A stretch of DNA of 64,000 nucleotides from an archaeon. GTDB taxonomy: Archaea > Asgardarchaeota > Thorarchaeia > Thorarchaeales > Thorarchaeaceae. The stretch is from contig JAJRWI010000044.1 in assembly GCA_024276825.1 (NCBI GenBank), forward strand, positions 1 to 64,000. Reading direction: 5' to 3'. Shown one piece after another: positions 1-9,209 of the stretch. Under the pieces are notes generated by a model, which did no database searches, was not told the DNA's origin, and saw only the letters and a list, made by a program, of their open reading frames with translations. Position numbers and translations under genes: made by a program. Position 1 is the first letter of the stretch; each line of letters starts with the position of its first letter.

Positions 1-267
1 CTCGAGAAGTCTTCTTCCCTCGGGCTTTCGTACGTCTGACCTCTGGGATCAGACGCGCTAGTCCAATAGACAATTCACAGAGTACAATTCAAGATCATAC
101 AAAAAAATGATGAAACCCGTGCATAGACTGCCGAATGCCCCTTCATTGAGATGGATGAGTTGTTAGGAGAGGTATCATGACGCCTGCGCCCACCTTCGGT
201 CCTGGTGGTGGGAGTAAAAAGACCCTGACCTTCCCAACGTCAAAGTGTGGATGTGGAAACCCCAAGA

Positions 268-1188
268 ATGATGAATCTGACCAGTCTTCTGCATTCAGAA
301 CTTTACTGTTCACAACGATATTCTGGACATCATCATTCATCTTTGCAAAAATACTCTATTCACAACCAATGCCTATTACTCCTATCACATTTGTTGCACT
401 CCGCTACACTCTGGCGGTCCCCTTTTTCTAATCCCACTCTTCTACCTCGCTCCCAAGAAGTCAGTAGAGGCTCCTGTATGGAAGACTCTGTTCCTGTCTG
501 CCCTCACTGGCTTTGTTCTCGCTCAGATGCTGCAATATGTGAAACTGAGTGTCACAACTGCAAGCGAAACAATCTTCATTCTAAACTCGAATCCAATCTT
601 TGCCATTTTGATTATAATGACAGTCTTGGGGGAAACCATCAAAAGAAGGAAAGTTGGTGGTATGTGCCTTGTCTTCACAGGAGTCTTCCTGATAGTCATT
701 GGGAGCGGGCCTATTGATCTGGTCTTGGGACCAACTTGCATTTTTGGTGATACTCTGATACTCCTCTCAGGTTTCTTCTCAGCAGTGAATGCCATAGTAG
801 GAAAGTTCGCACTCCTCTCTGTGGACTCTTTGACACTCACACTCTATAGCATTCCGTTCTCGGTACCATTTCTCTGGATTCTTGCTGCGATCATTGAAGA
901 TGTTTCAATAATCTTTCATCTTAACACTTTATCATGGATCATCATTCTCTGGGTGGTTGTGGTTACCAACGTGATTGCCTTTTTCCTCCAGTATGATGCT
1001 CTCAGTCATATAGAAGCATCAAGGGCTCAGTTATCACTCAACACAATCACCGTCTAGGGCCTGTTCATGTCAATATTGATCCTCAATGAGAGTATCACTC
1101 CTGTCAAGTTATAGGCGCAGTTCTGACACTTAGTGGTGTGCTCCTAGTTCAACGTTCCAGTAGGGAAAAACCGGTCAATGCTGGTTAG
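268..1188 (+). pseudogene. EamA/DMT family transporter pseudogene (start uncertain)
   Basis: DMT-like hydrophobic segments (FWTSSFIFAK, RYTLA, GDTLILLS, LNESITP, QVIGAVL) are broken by a frameshift at the T-run ~423-427, an in-frame TAG at 1055-1057 and a second frameshift near 1104. Confidence 0.8.
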
Positions 1189-1196
1189 GTGCTGAC

Positions 1197-1526
1197 TCAC
1201 TTTTTACTCGTGATCTCTAAAATTGGAATCTCATACGTGTAGAATACTCCATAGCTCCCTTGTACCACGCTCTTTAGAACACAATCAAGTTTCTTGTCAA
1301 CCTCACTGACTCCAATGGCCCATGTATAGACCAGTAGCTTTGCGCCCCGATCGGTGATAAACAGGTGTGTGCCAACCAATCCCTGATCCCTTGGCAACCT
1401 CAGTATCCCCTCTATGACCTCATCAGCTAGATCCATCGCAGACTTGCGAATAGAGTCATCCCCAGTAAATGTCCTCAGATCATGCACTTGATATTCGATG
1501 ATCTCCTGTTGCATCAGCGTTGACAT
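1197..1526 (-). CDS. hypothetical protein
   Basis: 109-aa ORF filling the gap, ATG start, no recognised motif. Confidence 0.5.
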   Translation of the reverse strand: MSTLMQQEIIEYQVHDLRTFTGDDSIRKSAMDLADEVIEGILRLPRDQGLVGTHLFITDRGAKLLVYTWAIGVSEVDKKLDCVLKSVVQGSYGVFYTYEIPILEITSKK

Positions 1527-1733
1527 ACCGATTTGTATATGCCTTATGATTTAAACACATCACAACTTCTCTCATTTCTTGGCTCCATATGCCTGCTCAT
1601 TACTGGCCAAGAGGTATAAGCCAAAAGCTTTAAACCATAATATCTAGAGTTCACCTGTATTCATTTGGCCTCTTTAGATAAGAGGCTATTTGATACAAAT
1701 GACTAATATACATCAAGACGTGGTGTTTCTAAA

Positions 1734-3032
1734 ATGAGTAAGAAAGATAAAGAGCACCTTAATCTGGTAGTAATCGGCCATGTAGACCACGGCAAAAGCA
1801 CAATGACTGGTCGTTTACTATATGAAACAGGTGCTGTCGATGAGAGAACATTCCAGCAGTACAAGGAAGAGGCGGAGAAGCTCGGACGGCCCAGTTGGGC
1901 ATGGGCATTCGCACTGGACCGACTGAAGGAGGAGCGAGAGAGAGGGCTAACAATAGACATTGCCTTCTTCAAGTTCCTGACCGACCGATATTATTACACA
2001 ATAATTGATGCTCCTGGCCATAAGGACTTTATCAAGAACATGATCACAGGAGCCTCACAGGCAGATGTCGGTCTACTTGTTGTATCTGCAAAGAAAGGTG
2101 AGTTCGAGGCTGGAATTGGCCCAGGCGGACAGACCAAGGAGCATGCTTACCTTGCATTCACACTTGGAGTACCCTCACTCATTGTCTGTATAAACAAGAT
2201 GGATGATGAGAGCGTCAAGTACAGCGAGGAGAGGTACAAGGAGGTCAAGGAAGAAGTCGAGGCCTTCCTGAAGCAGGTCGGATACAAGACTGATAAAATC
2301 CCATTCATTCCAACATCAGCTCTTGACGCCTGCAACCTGAAAGAGAGGACTCCCAACTTGACTCCATGGTACGACGGTCCATGCTTGCTTGAGGCTCTTG
2401 ATATGGTCGAGCTTCCAGCAAAGCCAATCGACAAGCCACTACGAGTGCCAATAAACGATGTGTATTCAATCAAGGGTGTTGGCACAGTTCCTGTGGGACG
2501 TGTTGAAACTGGTGTCATGAAGCCCGGAATGAAGGTCACATTCATGCCGCCCAACAAGACTGGAGAGGTCAAGTCAATTGAGATGCACCACGAGCAGCTA
2601 CCTCAGGCCATTCCTGGAGATAACATCGGTTTCAATGTTCGAGGCATTGAGAGAAAGGATCTTGGCCGTGGTGATGTTGCAGGTCCTGCTGATGCTCCTC
2701 CAACAGTGGCCGCTGACTTCACTGCTCGTGTGATGGTGATTCAGCATCCTAGTGCCATCACTGTTGGGTACACGCCAGTCGTGCACGCACACACCGCACA
2801 AGTGGCCTGTCGCTTTGACGAGATATTGGAGAAGTTCAACGAGCGCGGACAGAAGGTCGCTGAGAACCCTGACTTTGTCAAGAAGGGTGAAAGCATGACC
2901 GCCAAGCTTGTCCCACTCAAACCCATGGCCATTGAAACTTTCAAGGAGTTTCCACAACTCGGTCGATTCGCAGTCCGTGATATGGGTATGACTGTGGCAG
3001 TCGGTGTTGTGCATAAGATTACCAAGAAATAG
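1734..3032 (+). CDS. tuf: translation elongation factor EF-1 alpha
   Basis: GHVDHGKST, ERERGLTID, DAPGH, NKMD, GRFAVRDM. Confidence 0.99.
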   Translation: MSKKDKEHLNLVVIGHVDHGKSTMTGRLLYETGAVDERTFQQYKEEAEKLGRPSWAWAFALDRLKEERERGLTIDIAFFKFLTDRYYYTIIDAPGHKDFIKNMITGASQADVGLLVVSAKKGEFEAGIGPGGQTKEHAYLAFTLGVPSLIVCINKMDDESVKYSEERYKEVKEEVEAFLKQVGYKTDKIPFIPTSALDACNLKERTPNLTPWYDGPCLLEALDMVELPAKPIDKPLRVPINDVYSIKGVGTVPVGRVETGVMKPGMKVTFMPPNKTGEVKSIEMHHEQLPQAIPGDNIGFNVRGIERKDLGRGDVAGPADAPPTVAADFTARVMVIQHPSAITVGYTPVVHAHTAQVACRFDEILEKFNERGQKVAENPDFVKKGESMTAKLVPLKPMAIETFKEFPQLGRFAVRDMGMTVAVGVVHKITKK

Positions 3033-3044
3033 ACTCCAGTTCAA

Positions 3045-3083
3045 AGAACCGGGTCTGCAAGGCCCGTGTTCTCAATATTTTTT
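3045..3083 (+). terminator. hairpin plus T-tract after tuf
   Basis: agaac-cgggtc/ggcccg-t-gttct stem followed by tttttt. Confidence 0.45.
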
Positions 3084-3157
3084 ATTGACATTACTTGTAT
3101 AGTGATGTTCCAGTCATAATATTTATGTGGCCAACAACTTCGACTCTTTGCAGACAA

Positions 3158-3273
3158 GCTGGGGTATTCTAGCCTGGTATGAAGCTGGATTGCTAATCCA
3201 GTGTGCTGAGCACTCGAGGGTTCAAATGAGTCTATGACTCGCATTGACTCTGAAACTCCCTCCCCCAGCGCCA
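3158..3273 (+). tRNA. tRNA-Ser(GCT) with 30-nt intron at position 59/60 (3227-3256), CCA encoded
   Basis: Acceptor GCTGGGG/CCCCAGC, anticodon arm CTGGA-TTGCTAA-TCCAG, long variable arm, T-stem GAGGG/CCCTC interrupted by a bulge-helix-bulge intron. Confidence 0.93.
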
Positions 3274-3363
3274 TCTCATTATGGAGCCTTCCTCTCTCGA
3301 TTCTTCTCAGGTTATTTTGACTCACTTCGATATGTTTTTACGAGAACGAATCGAACAGAAACA

Positions 3364-3680
3364 TGCGACGGGTAGGGCCGGGTCGTTTGCCGCGACCTGT
3401 GACCGGTAATGGCAATAGCCGGGGCCAGTAACCGACACTGAGGGTGAACCGGGAACTCAGTGGGTCCAGTCGCCGGACGGTGATAAGCAGTCTCTGGAGT
3501 CTGCCACGGCCGCAGCAACGGTTGAAGGATCGTTGTAAGCGCGCTTAGACTCCCGAACCGGGTCAGGCCAGGGATGGAACAGCCCTAAGGGAGAGTGGTG
3601 GAGCCCCAGAGGTAGCTGCTTTGAGGAAGGCACTGATCAGCCCACTGACAACCGACACTCGAAGTGGAGGGGCCGTCGCA
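3364..3680 (+). ncRNA. ffs: archaeal SRP (7S) RNA
   Basis: Terminal helix TGCGACGG/CCGTCGCA, ~317 nt, GC-rich, helix 8 GGGTCAGG-CCA-GGGA-TGG-AACAGCCC-TAAG. Confidence 0.92.
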
Positions 3681-3700
3681 CCTTTTTCTGGCACCACTGT

Positions 3701-5491
3701 TTAAACCATTGCACCAGCAGCTCTTTTAATCTCAACTATCTCCTCAAAGACTTCTAACTCAGCTGGAGTCAACTCCTCTTTAAACTTCGTCCTGATAGCG
3801 ATGATATGGCCGTCGGGAATGTCGGTGTAGAGGATATCATCTTTTTTGACCTGTCTTCCGATAGTGGGCCCACGAATGGAAACCGCCACTTCCATTCCAT
3901 CAGTTGCTTCATCAATGGTCACTCCCCTGTCCTGAATTTGTAGGATCTGTCCCACACGTTTACCATCGGACCTAATCAGTCCCACTTTCGACTTTAAATG
4001 ACCATGGACCCTGACTCCCACAACTGCGGGATTATTCTGTCTGAAGATGTACTCTGGAAGAATCTCAAGTTTAGCGGGGCGAATTATTGCACCAAGCGAC
4101 TCTGCCTTTGCCTGTTCTCGCTTGACAATCAACCATGCATTATACTCGTCATAGAGTCTGTAGATCACCTCATTGAGAAAGATCTCAACACCATACTCTG
4201 CCGCAAGCTCTTCTATCTCTGGAGTAACTTTAACATTAAACCCAAGAACCACTGCATTAAGTGGGTCCGAATCTCCCGCAGCTTTTGCCTCCACAATATC
4301 CCTCTTCACTATGGGGCCTACATCAGCAACTCTCACGGGGACCTTGCGGTCTCGCAGAAACTGCAAAACAGCCTCAAGAGACCCAAGTGTATCAGTCTTG
4401 AGGACAATGCCAGACTTGTCAGTCTGAATCCTAATGGATCCAACCTCGTCCCTGACTATTTTCTTATATTTCTCAATCTCGGATGGATTGATCACAGCAT
4501 ATACTGGAGCTCCTGCAACTGCTCCCTCAAGATCAGGCGCCACTATCTTGACACCTGCTGCAGCATGAACCTCATCAACATGAATGAACTTTTCTCGTGG
4601 GTCACGAATCTCATCAAGCTCTTTGGGCTGCAATAATGCACGTATCTTGGTGACCACAACATCATCAAGCCCCCCAACAACAATTGTGTCAGTCTTTTTC
4701 AGAATCCCCTCATAGATAATTGTGTCAAGCGTGAGGCCCAGACCCGTTTCTTCCCGAATCTCAAGGACCGCCCCTTTTGCAGGCCCTGAAACCATTCTCA
4801 ACCGTTCCTTCATGAACTGTTGTGTGAGTCCTGAAAGAACCATTAGCAGCTCTGGAATCCCAGTGCCTGTCTTTGCACTTGTCGGAACAATTGCGACTGT
4901 TGTCTTGAAATCAGTAACCCTATCAAAACGTTCTGACTGAAAACCATTTGCTGATAACGCGCCAACCAGCTCATAAAGCCTGCGATCTAATTCTGCTTGT
5001 GTTGAGTCACTCTGTGACTTTATGGCCTGCACAAGCCCCATTTCTTCCTTGTCCCTCCATCCCGGAACTTTGTCAAGCTTGTTTGCTGCAACAAGAAATG
5101 GTGTTCGTCCAGACTTCAATATTTTAAGACTCTCATAGCTCTGGGTCAAAAAGCCCTCATTGATATCCACAACCAGAATTGCAAAATCTGCAATTGCTCC
5201 TCCCCTTCTTCTGAGGTTCAGATATGCCTCGTGTCCAGGTGTGTCAATGAATAACAGTCCCTCTATCGACAAGTCAGTCTTGACGGCCTTGAGCAGGTCA
5301 CCACAGATTGCTCTTATTGTTTCAGTTGGGAAAAAGGAGGCCCCAATATGCTGTGTTATTCCTGCAGCTTCTCTCTCTTGGACTGCGGTTCCTCTCATTT
5401 TATCTAGCAAGGATGTCTTTCCATGATCAATATGTCCTAAAACAGTGACAATTGGTGACCTAAGCTTAGCCTCTTTACTCATTAATGCCAT
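3701..5491 (-). CDS. infB: translation initiation factor aIF5B/IF-2
   Basis: LRSPIVTVLGHIDHGKT, GITQHIGA, DTPGH, NKLD. Confidence 0.98.
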   Translation of the reverse strand: MALMSKEAKLRSPIVTVLGHIDHGKTSLLDKMRGTAVQEREAAGITQHIGASFFPTETIRAICGDLLKAVKTDLSIEGLLFIDTPGHEAYLNLRRRGGAIADFAILVVDINEGFLTQSYESLKILKSGRTPFLVAANKLDKVPGWRDKEEMGLVQAIKSQSDSTQAELDRRLYELVGALSANGFQSERFDRVTDFKTTVAIVPTSAKTGTGIPELLMVLSGLTQQFMKERLRMVSGPAKGAVLEIREETGLGLTLDTIIYEGILKKTDTIVVGGLDDVVVTKIRALLQPKELDEIRDPREKFIHVDEVHAAAGVKIVAPDLEGAVAGAPVYAVINPSEIEKYKKIVRDEVGSIRIQTDKSGIVLKTDTLGSLEAVLQFLRDRKVPVRVADVGPIVKRDIVEAKAAGDSDPLNAVVLGFNVKVTPEIEELAAEYGVEIFLNEVIYRLYDEYNAWLIVKREQAKAESLGAIIRPAKLEILPEYIFRQNNPAVVGVRVHGHLKSKVGLIRSDGKRVGQILQIQDRGVTIDEATDGMEVAVSIRGPTIGRQVKKDDILYTDIPDGHIIAIRTKFKEELTPAELEVFEEIVEIKRAAGAMV

Positions 5492-5605
5492 CTCACAAGA
5501 AGAGTTATTGGTTGTCCAAAGGAGAATCTTAAGAAATTGTCGCTTTGCTCCTTCATAAGAATCTTATACCTTTTGCAATCGCATGACGGTGATTGATTAA
5601 CTGGC

Positions 5606-6286
5606 TTGGTGAAAAAAGTGGAACAATCTTTAGTGATTATCAAACCTGATGGCACTGTGCGAAGGCATGTGAGTGCAATAGTATTAAAGACACTACTGGA
5701 TCAAGGGCTTCGAGTGAAAGCATTCAAAGAGATGAGTGTGCCCCGTTCCCTTGCTGAGAAGCATTATGCGGTACATAAGGAACGCCCCTTCTTTCAATGG
5801 TTAGTGGACTTTCTCACTTCTGCTCCCGTCATAGTGATGATTCTTGAGGGTGAAGATGCCATTGAAAAGATTCGTAATGCTCTAGGGAAGACCTTTGTCC
5901 AAGATGCTGATCCCACATCATTGAGGGGAAAATATGGCATATGGAAGGGTGTGAACATAGCACACGCATCTGATGCCCCCGAAACTGCCAAGAATGAGAT
6001 TGCCCTGTGGACCTCAGAAGGGGGATTGGAGGTGTCAAGTGATGCACAGGCCCTAGCCTCTCAATATATTGAGCATTACATTAAGAGCGATATTGATATG
6101 ACCATGAAGATCAGAAAGACAGTCGTAGATGCCATTGAGAGCAACAACACATCTGAGGGAACAATAGATATTCTGACAGAACTCCTTGGCAAAGACTCCA
6201 ATGGGATTAATCAATCTGACATCAGAACTCTGGCAAAAGTAATTCATGATTTTATTCTTGAAGAGATCTCTAATAAAAACAAATAA
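5606..6286 (+). CDS. ndk: nucleoside diphosphate kinase with C-terminal extension
   Basis: IIKPDG, HYAVHKERPFF, SLRGKYG, NIAHASD catalytic His. Confidence 0.93.
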   Translation: MVKKVEQSLVIIKPDGTVRRHVSAIVLKTLLDQGLRVKAFKEMSVPRSLAEKHYAVHKERPFFQWLVDFLTSAPVIVMILEGEDAIEKIRNALGKTFVQDADPTSLRGKYGIWKGVNIAHASDAPETAKNEIALWTSEGGLEVSSDAQALASQYIEHYIKSDIDMTMKIRKTVVDAIESNNTSEGTIDILTELLGKDSNGINQSDIRTLAKVIHDFILEEISNKNK

Positions 6287-6359
6287 GGTGGCTTCTATGC
6301 CACCTCTATTTTTAGTCTAAAGCCCTAAAAGCCTAAGACCGAATCTTACTATTTTTGGC

Positions 6360-6560
6360 CTAGCGTTGGGTCTTTCCGCCCTTCTCATATGCCGCTGACC
6401 ATTTGGTGTCACGAGGCTTCATCCGACGCTTTAGCATTGCGGTCTTGCACTTGTTTGAACAGAACCATAGTACCGAACCGTCCTTAGTCTGCACAAAGGC
6501 AGAACCAGTGCCAGGCTCAATAGTCTTTCCGCAGAAGTTGCATTTCTGTGTGCCGACCAT
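6360..6560 (-). CDS. rpl24e: 50S ribosomal protein L24e
   Basis: CNFCGKTIEPGTG...FCSNKC. Confidence 0.96.
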   Translation of the reverse strand: MVGTQKCNFCGKTIEPGTGSAFVQTKDGSVLWFCSNKCKTAMLKRRMKPRDTKWSAAYEKGGKTQR

Positions 6561-6562
6561 TA

Positions 6563-6793
6563 TTACCGCCTCCGCATCTTTCGTGCCTCACGCTCGGTTT
6601 CACGTAGTATCAGAATGTCTCCAAGTCTCACTGGGCCCTTGACATTTCGTGTGAGGACACGACCTTTATCACGCCCCTCAAGAATCTTGACTCGAACTTG
6701 AGTGATCTCTCCTGTGACTCCAGTGCGGCCCAAGAGCTGAATGACCTCTGCAGGTATTGCAGGAGTCTGTATTCCTTCGTCTTTCTTGCTCAT
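6563..6793 (-). CDS. rps28e: 30S ribosomal protein S28e
   Basis: [12 protein letters not shown]...[19 protein letters not shown]. Confidence 0.97.
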   Translation of the reverse strand: MSKKDEGIQTPAIPAEVIQLLGRTGVTGEITQVRVKILEGRDKGRVLTRNVKGPVRLGDILILRETEREARKMRRR

Positions 6794-6814
6794 TGAAACC
6801 CATCACCTGGAATT

Positions 6815-7186
6815 TTACTTACGAAGAGCCTCAATCTTCTCAACAATCTCAGTCACAAGATCCTTTGCCTTTCCTTCAACGATTATCGATGCAGCAGCTG
6901 TTGGTCTCTCAATACCTACAGCAGCACCCAAGTCCTTTTTGCTGCCTACAAATATGTATGGGGCCTTTCTATCATCACAAAGACCTGGAAGGAACAAGAT
7001 GATCTCTGGAGGCTCGACATCTTCTGCGATTATAACAAGTCTTGCGATTCCACGCTCGATGCTCTTGGTGGCCTCGTTAATTCCCTTTTTGACACGGCCA
7101 GTAGTTCTGGCTATCTCAAGCGCTTCTAGCGCCTTTTTCTGAAGCTCCTCTGGAGCTGACCATTCAATGAACGATGGCTTTGGCAT
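6815..7186 (-). CDS. rpl7ae: ribosomal protein L7Ae
   Basis: KKGINEATKSIERG, AEDVEPPEI, LGAAVG. Confidence 0.97.
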   Translation of the reverse strand: MPKPSFIEWSAPEELQKKALEALEIARTTGRVKKGINEATKSIERGIARLVIIAEDVEPPEIILFLPGLCDDRKAPYIFVGSKKDLGAAVGIERPTAAASIIVEGKAKDLVTEIVEKIEALRK

Positions 7187-7326
7187 GTTTATTACCTCTG
7201 TTCTCACTTCATCGGCATTAATGAAGAATCATCAACCCTGAATTCACAAGGTTCTCTCTGGTTCTCAAAGTATCATCTTTTAAGCCTGTCGAAGTGTAAG
7301 CAGTAACATTCTGAAGCTTGCTATAA

Positions 7327-8319
7327 TCAATATCCCAATCCGCTGATAGTCCTAATCAAGTCTGAATCCTGTACATTAAGATAATCAAGCACAGAATATC
7401 TATTTCGTCTTCGCATTATCTTGAGTGCATGATGAATGTTATCAATCATGGTTTCCATATTAAGACCTATCATGTCCATTGTGTGTGGTATTGACTTAGC
7501 CTTCAGTAGTGCAATTACATCTTCAGCTCTGTATTCACTATATCCTGATTGATGCAGATAATAAACACACAAGGGCGTAGCAAATGCGACTTGGATTCCA
7601 TGAAGGCTATACTGTTCTCTGTCCATTGCATGAGATATAGCATGTTCAGTTCCTGAACAAGGCCGTGAACTTCCAAAGGCACTCATTGCCTTCCCACTAT
7701 TAATCTGAGCTCGAATCAGTGTTTCTAGAGAGTCATCTTGTATCACCGAGTTTAATGCATCACTCATAAACTCGAAAATCTCCCTGTCAAATGGCTCATC
7801 CTTCTCGTCGTGTCCAAGTTTCCACTCTGCAAGACTGGACATCTTACTAATTATATCTCCTATCCCCGCATGTCTTAGAATTGCCGGCGCCTCTGCAATT
7901 ATTGATAGGTCTCCCACCACAGCCATGGGGCTTTTACATCTCTCTGAATATCTATATCCATTATGTGTGACTGATGCAACATCACTAGCAATGCCATCAT
8001 GGGACGCAGCTGTTGGCATTGCTATCCACTCCAGATTATTATCTCTTGCAAGAAGCTTCGCAGTGTCTATGCTTCTTCCGCCACCAAACCCAACTATTAT
8101 ATCTGTATCCTCATTAATGGGTGTTTCTCCAATCACATACTCATCTACCATCACCCAACGGTCTTTAGTTCCCAATAACTCATCTAGTCTGACCCCATAC
8201 CGCGAGTATACCTGTCGATCACTGACAATTAAGGGGTGAGAATAACTCTCTAGCAGATTTATTACTTGATTTATGACCCCATTGCCGATGATGATTATAT
8301 GCGGGTCGGCGTCAATCAT
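7327..8319 (-). CDS. egsA: sn-glycerol-1-phosphate dehydrogenase
   Basis: GGGRSID, PTAASHDG, SRPCSGTEH, HGIQV. Confidence 0.92.
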   Translation of the reverse strand: MIDADPHIIIIGNGVINQVINLLESYSHPLIVSDRQVYSRYGVRLDELLGTKDRWVMVDEYVIGETPINEDTDIIVGFGGGRSIDTAKLLARDNNLEWIAMPTAASHDGIASDVASVTHNGYRYSERCKSPMAVVGDLSIIAEAPAILRHAGIGDIISKMSSLAEWKLGHDEKDEPFDREIFEFMSDALNSVIQDDSLETLIRAQINSGKAMSAFGSSRPCSGTEHAISHAMDREQYSLHGIQVAFATPLCVYYLHQSGYSEYRAEDVIALLKAKSIPHTMDMIGLNMETMIDNIHHALKIMRRRNRYSVLDYLNVQDSDLIRTISGLGY

Positions 8320-8518
8320 TGTATGTCTTGATTTGACGATACTCTCTCATTGTTAAGCTCTTCCATCGGGCGCCAAACAACAAAAGCACATCAAAACAAA
8401 CGTCAGATTATTTAACATGGCCATTGCCTCGAAAGTTCAGATTTGGGAGTGAGTGTTACACTGGAAACACTACAATCTATACATATTTCCAGCATGTTTT
8501 CAATTGGAGTCGTTTGAG

Positions 8519-9016
8519 ATGACCCATTACGTCAAGGTTGCCCTCATGGGATCGGGATTTGCAGGAAAGTCCACACTGATCAAGCTTCTTACCGACAAGG
8601 TTGAGAAGCTCAAGTGCAACTACACCCCCACAGCTGGCATGGACTGTGGTACAATCACTCTTGACTCAGCAACTAAGATATCTCTTATCGAGATGGGCGG
8701 TCAGGCGCACTTCGAGTTCATGTGGCCCGACTTACTCAGGGGGAGTAAAATGGTCGTGGTTGTCACAGAGAGCACCCCCAAGGCCGTCTTGAAGACTCGT
8801 CAACTTCTCCATAAATACAAGGACATGCTTCAGGGCGTGCAAATCATTGCCATTGCTAACAAACAGGACCTTCCTGGGGCGATGAAGCCGGAATCGGTCC
8901 AAGACCTACTTGGCATTCCAACTTATGGAATGGTAGCAGTAGATCCCAAACAGCGAGTCCATGGATACCGATTGATTGTTGAGGGGCTTCGTGGAATGAT
9001 TCAGGTCGCTGGCTGA
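8519..9016 (+). CDS. Ras-superfamily small GTPase (Arf/MglA-like)
   Basis: G1 GSGFAGKS, G2 PT, G3 EMGGQ, G4 NKQD. Confidence 0.88.
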   Translation: MTHYVKVALMGSGFAGKSTLIKLLTDKVEKLKCNYTPTAGMDCGTITLDSATKISLIEMGGQAHFEFMWPDLLRGSKMVVVVTESTPKAVLKTRQLLHKYKDMLQGVQIIAIANKQDLPGAMKPESVQDLLGIPTYGMVAVDPKQRVHGYRLIVEGLRGMIQVAG

Positions 9017-9106
9017 ACTCAAAACTAATGGCCACGGCCAATTAGAAGATTACTAAAGTTTACTGTTTAGCAATGCTTTTATACGGACCTCTCTGATTTT
9101 TGAATC

Positions 9107-9178
9107 GCCCAGGACACGGGCGTGTGAGCTGAAAGAAGAAGCATTCAGCGAGTCCGTCCGGGATAGTGTCTTTTGGGT
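9107..9178 (+). promoter_or_regulatory. structured 5' leader of the rpo3 ribosomal protein operon
   Basis: Long hairpin downstream of TATA-like TTTTATA (9077-9083): CCCAGGACAC/GTGTCTTTTGGG and GCTGAA/TTCAGC with flanking GA/GA. Confidence 0.5.
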
Positions 9179-9209
9179 TTCATCAACGCCCTCTTGGTCA
9201 GGTGAGAAA

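Noticed and set aside
107-280. C/D box sRNA or FMN/fluoride riboswitch upstream of the EamA gene
   Set aside because: ATGATGA and small hairpins are present, but box spacing and conserved riboswitch cores do not fit
1055-1057. In-frame TAG as pyrrolysine readthrough
   Set aside because: The same gene has two frameshifts, and TGG-to-TAG nonsense is simpler
3041-3518. ORFs 3041-3325 and 3312-3518
   Set aside because: Antisense shadows of tRNA-Ser and SRP RNA
3998-4636. 212-aa antisense ORF in infB and similar shadow ORFs throughout the window
   Set aside because: No motifs; explained by codon structure of the real genes on the opposite strand
9107-9178. SECIS element
   Set aside because: No AUGA core with proper helix length, no UGA-interrupted ORF nearby, and it sits in a 5' leader position
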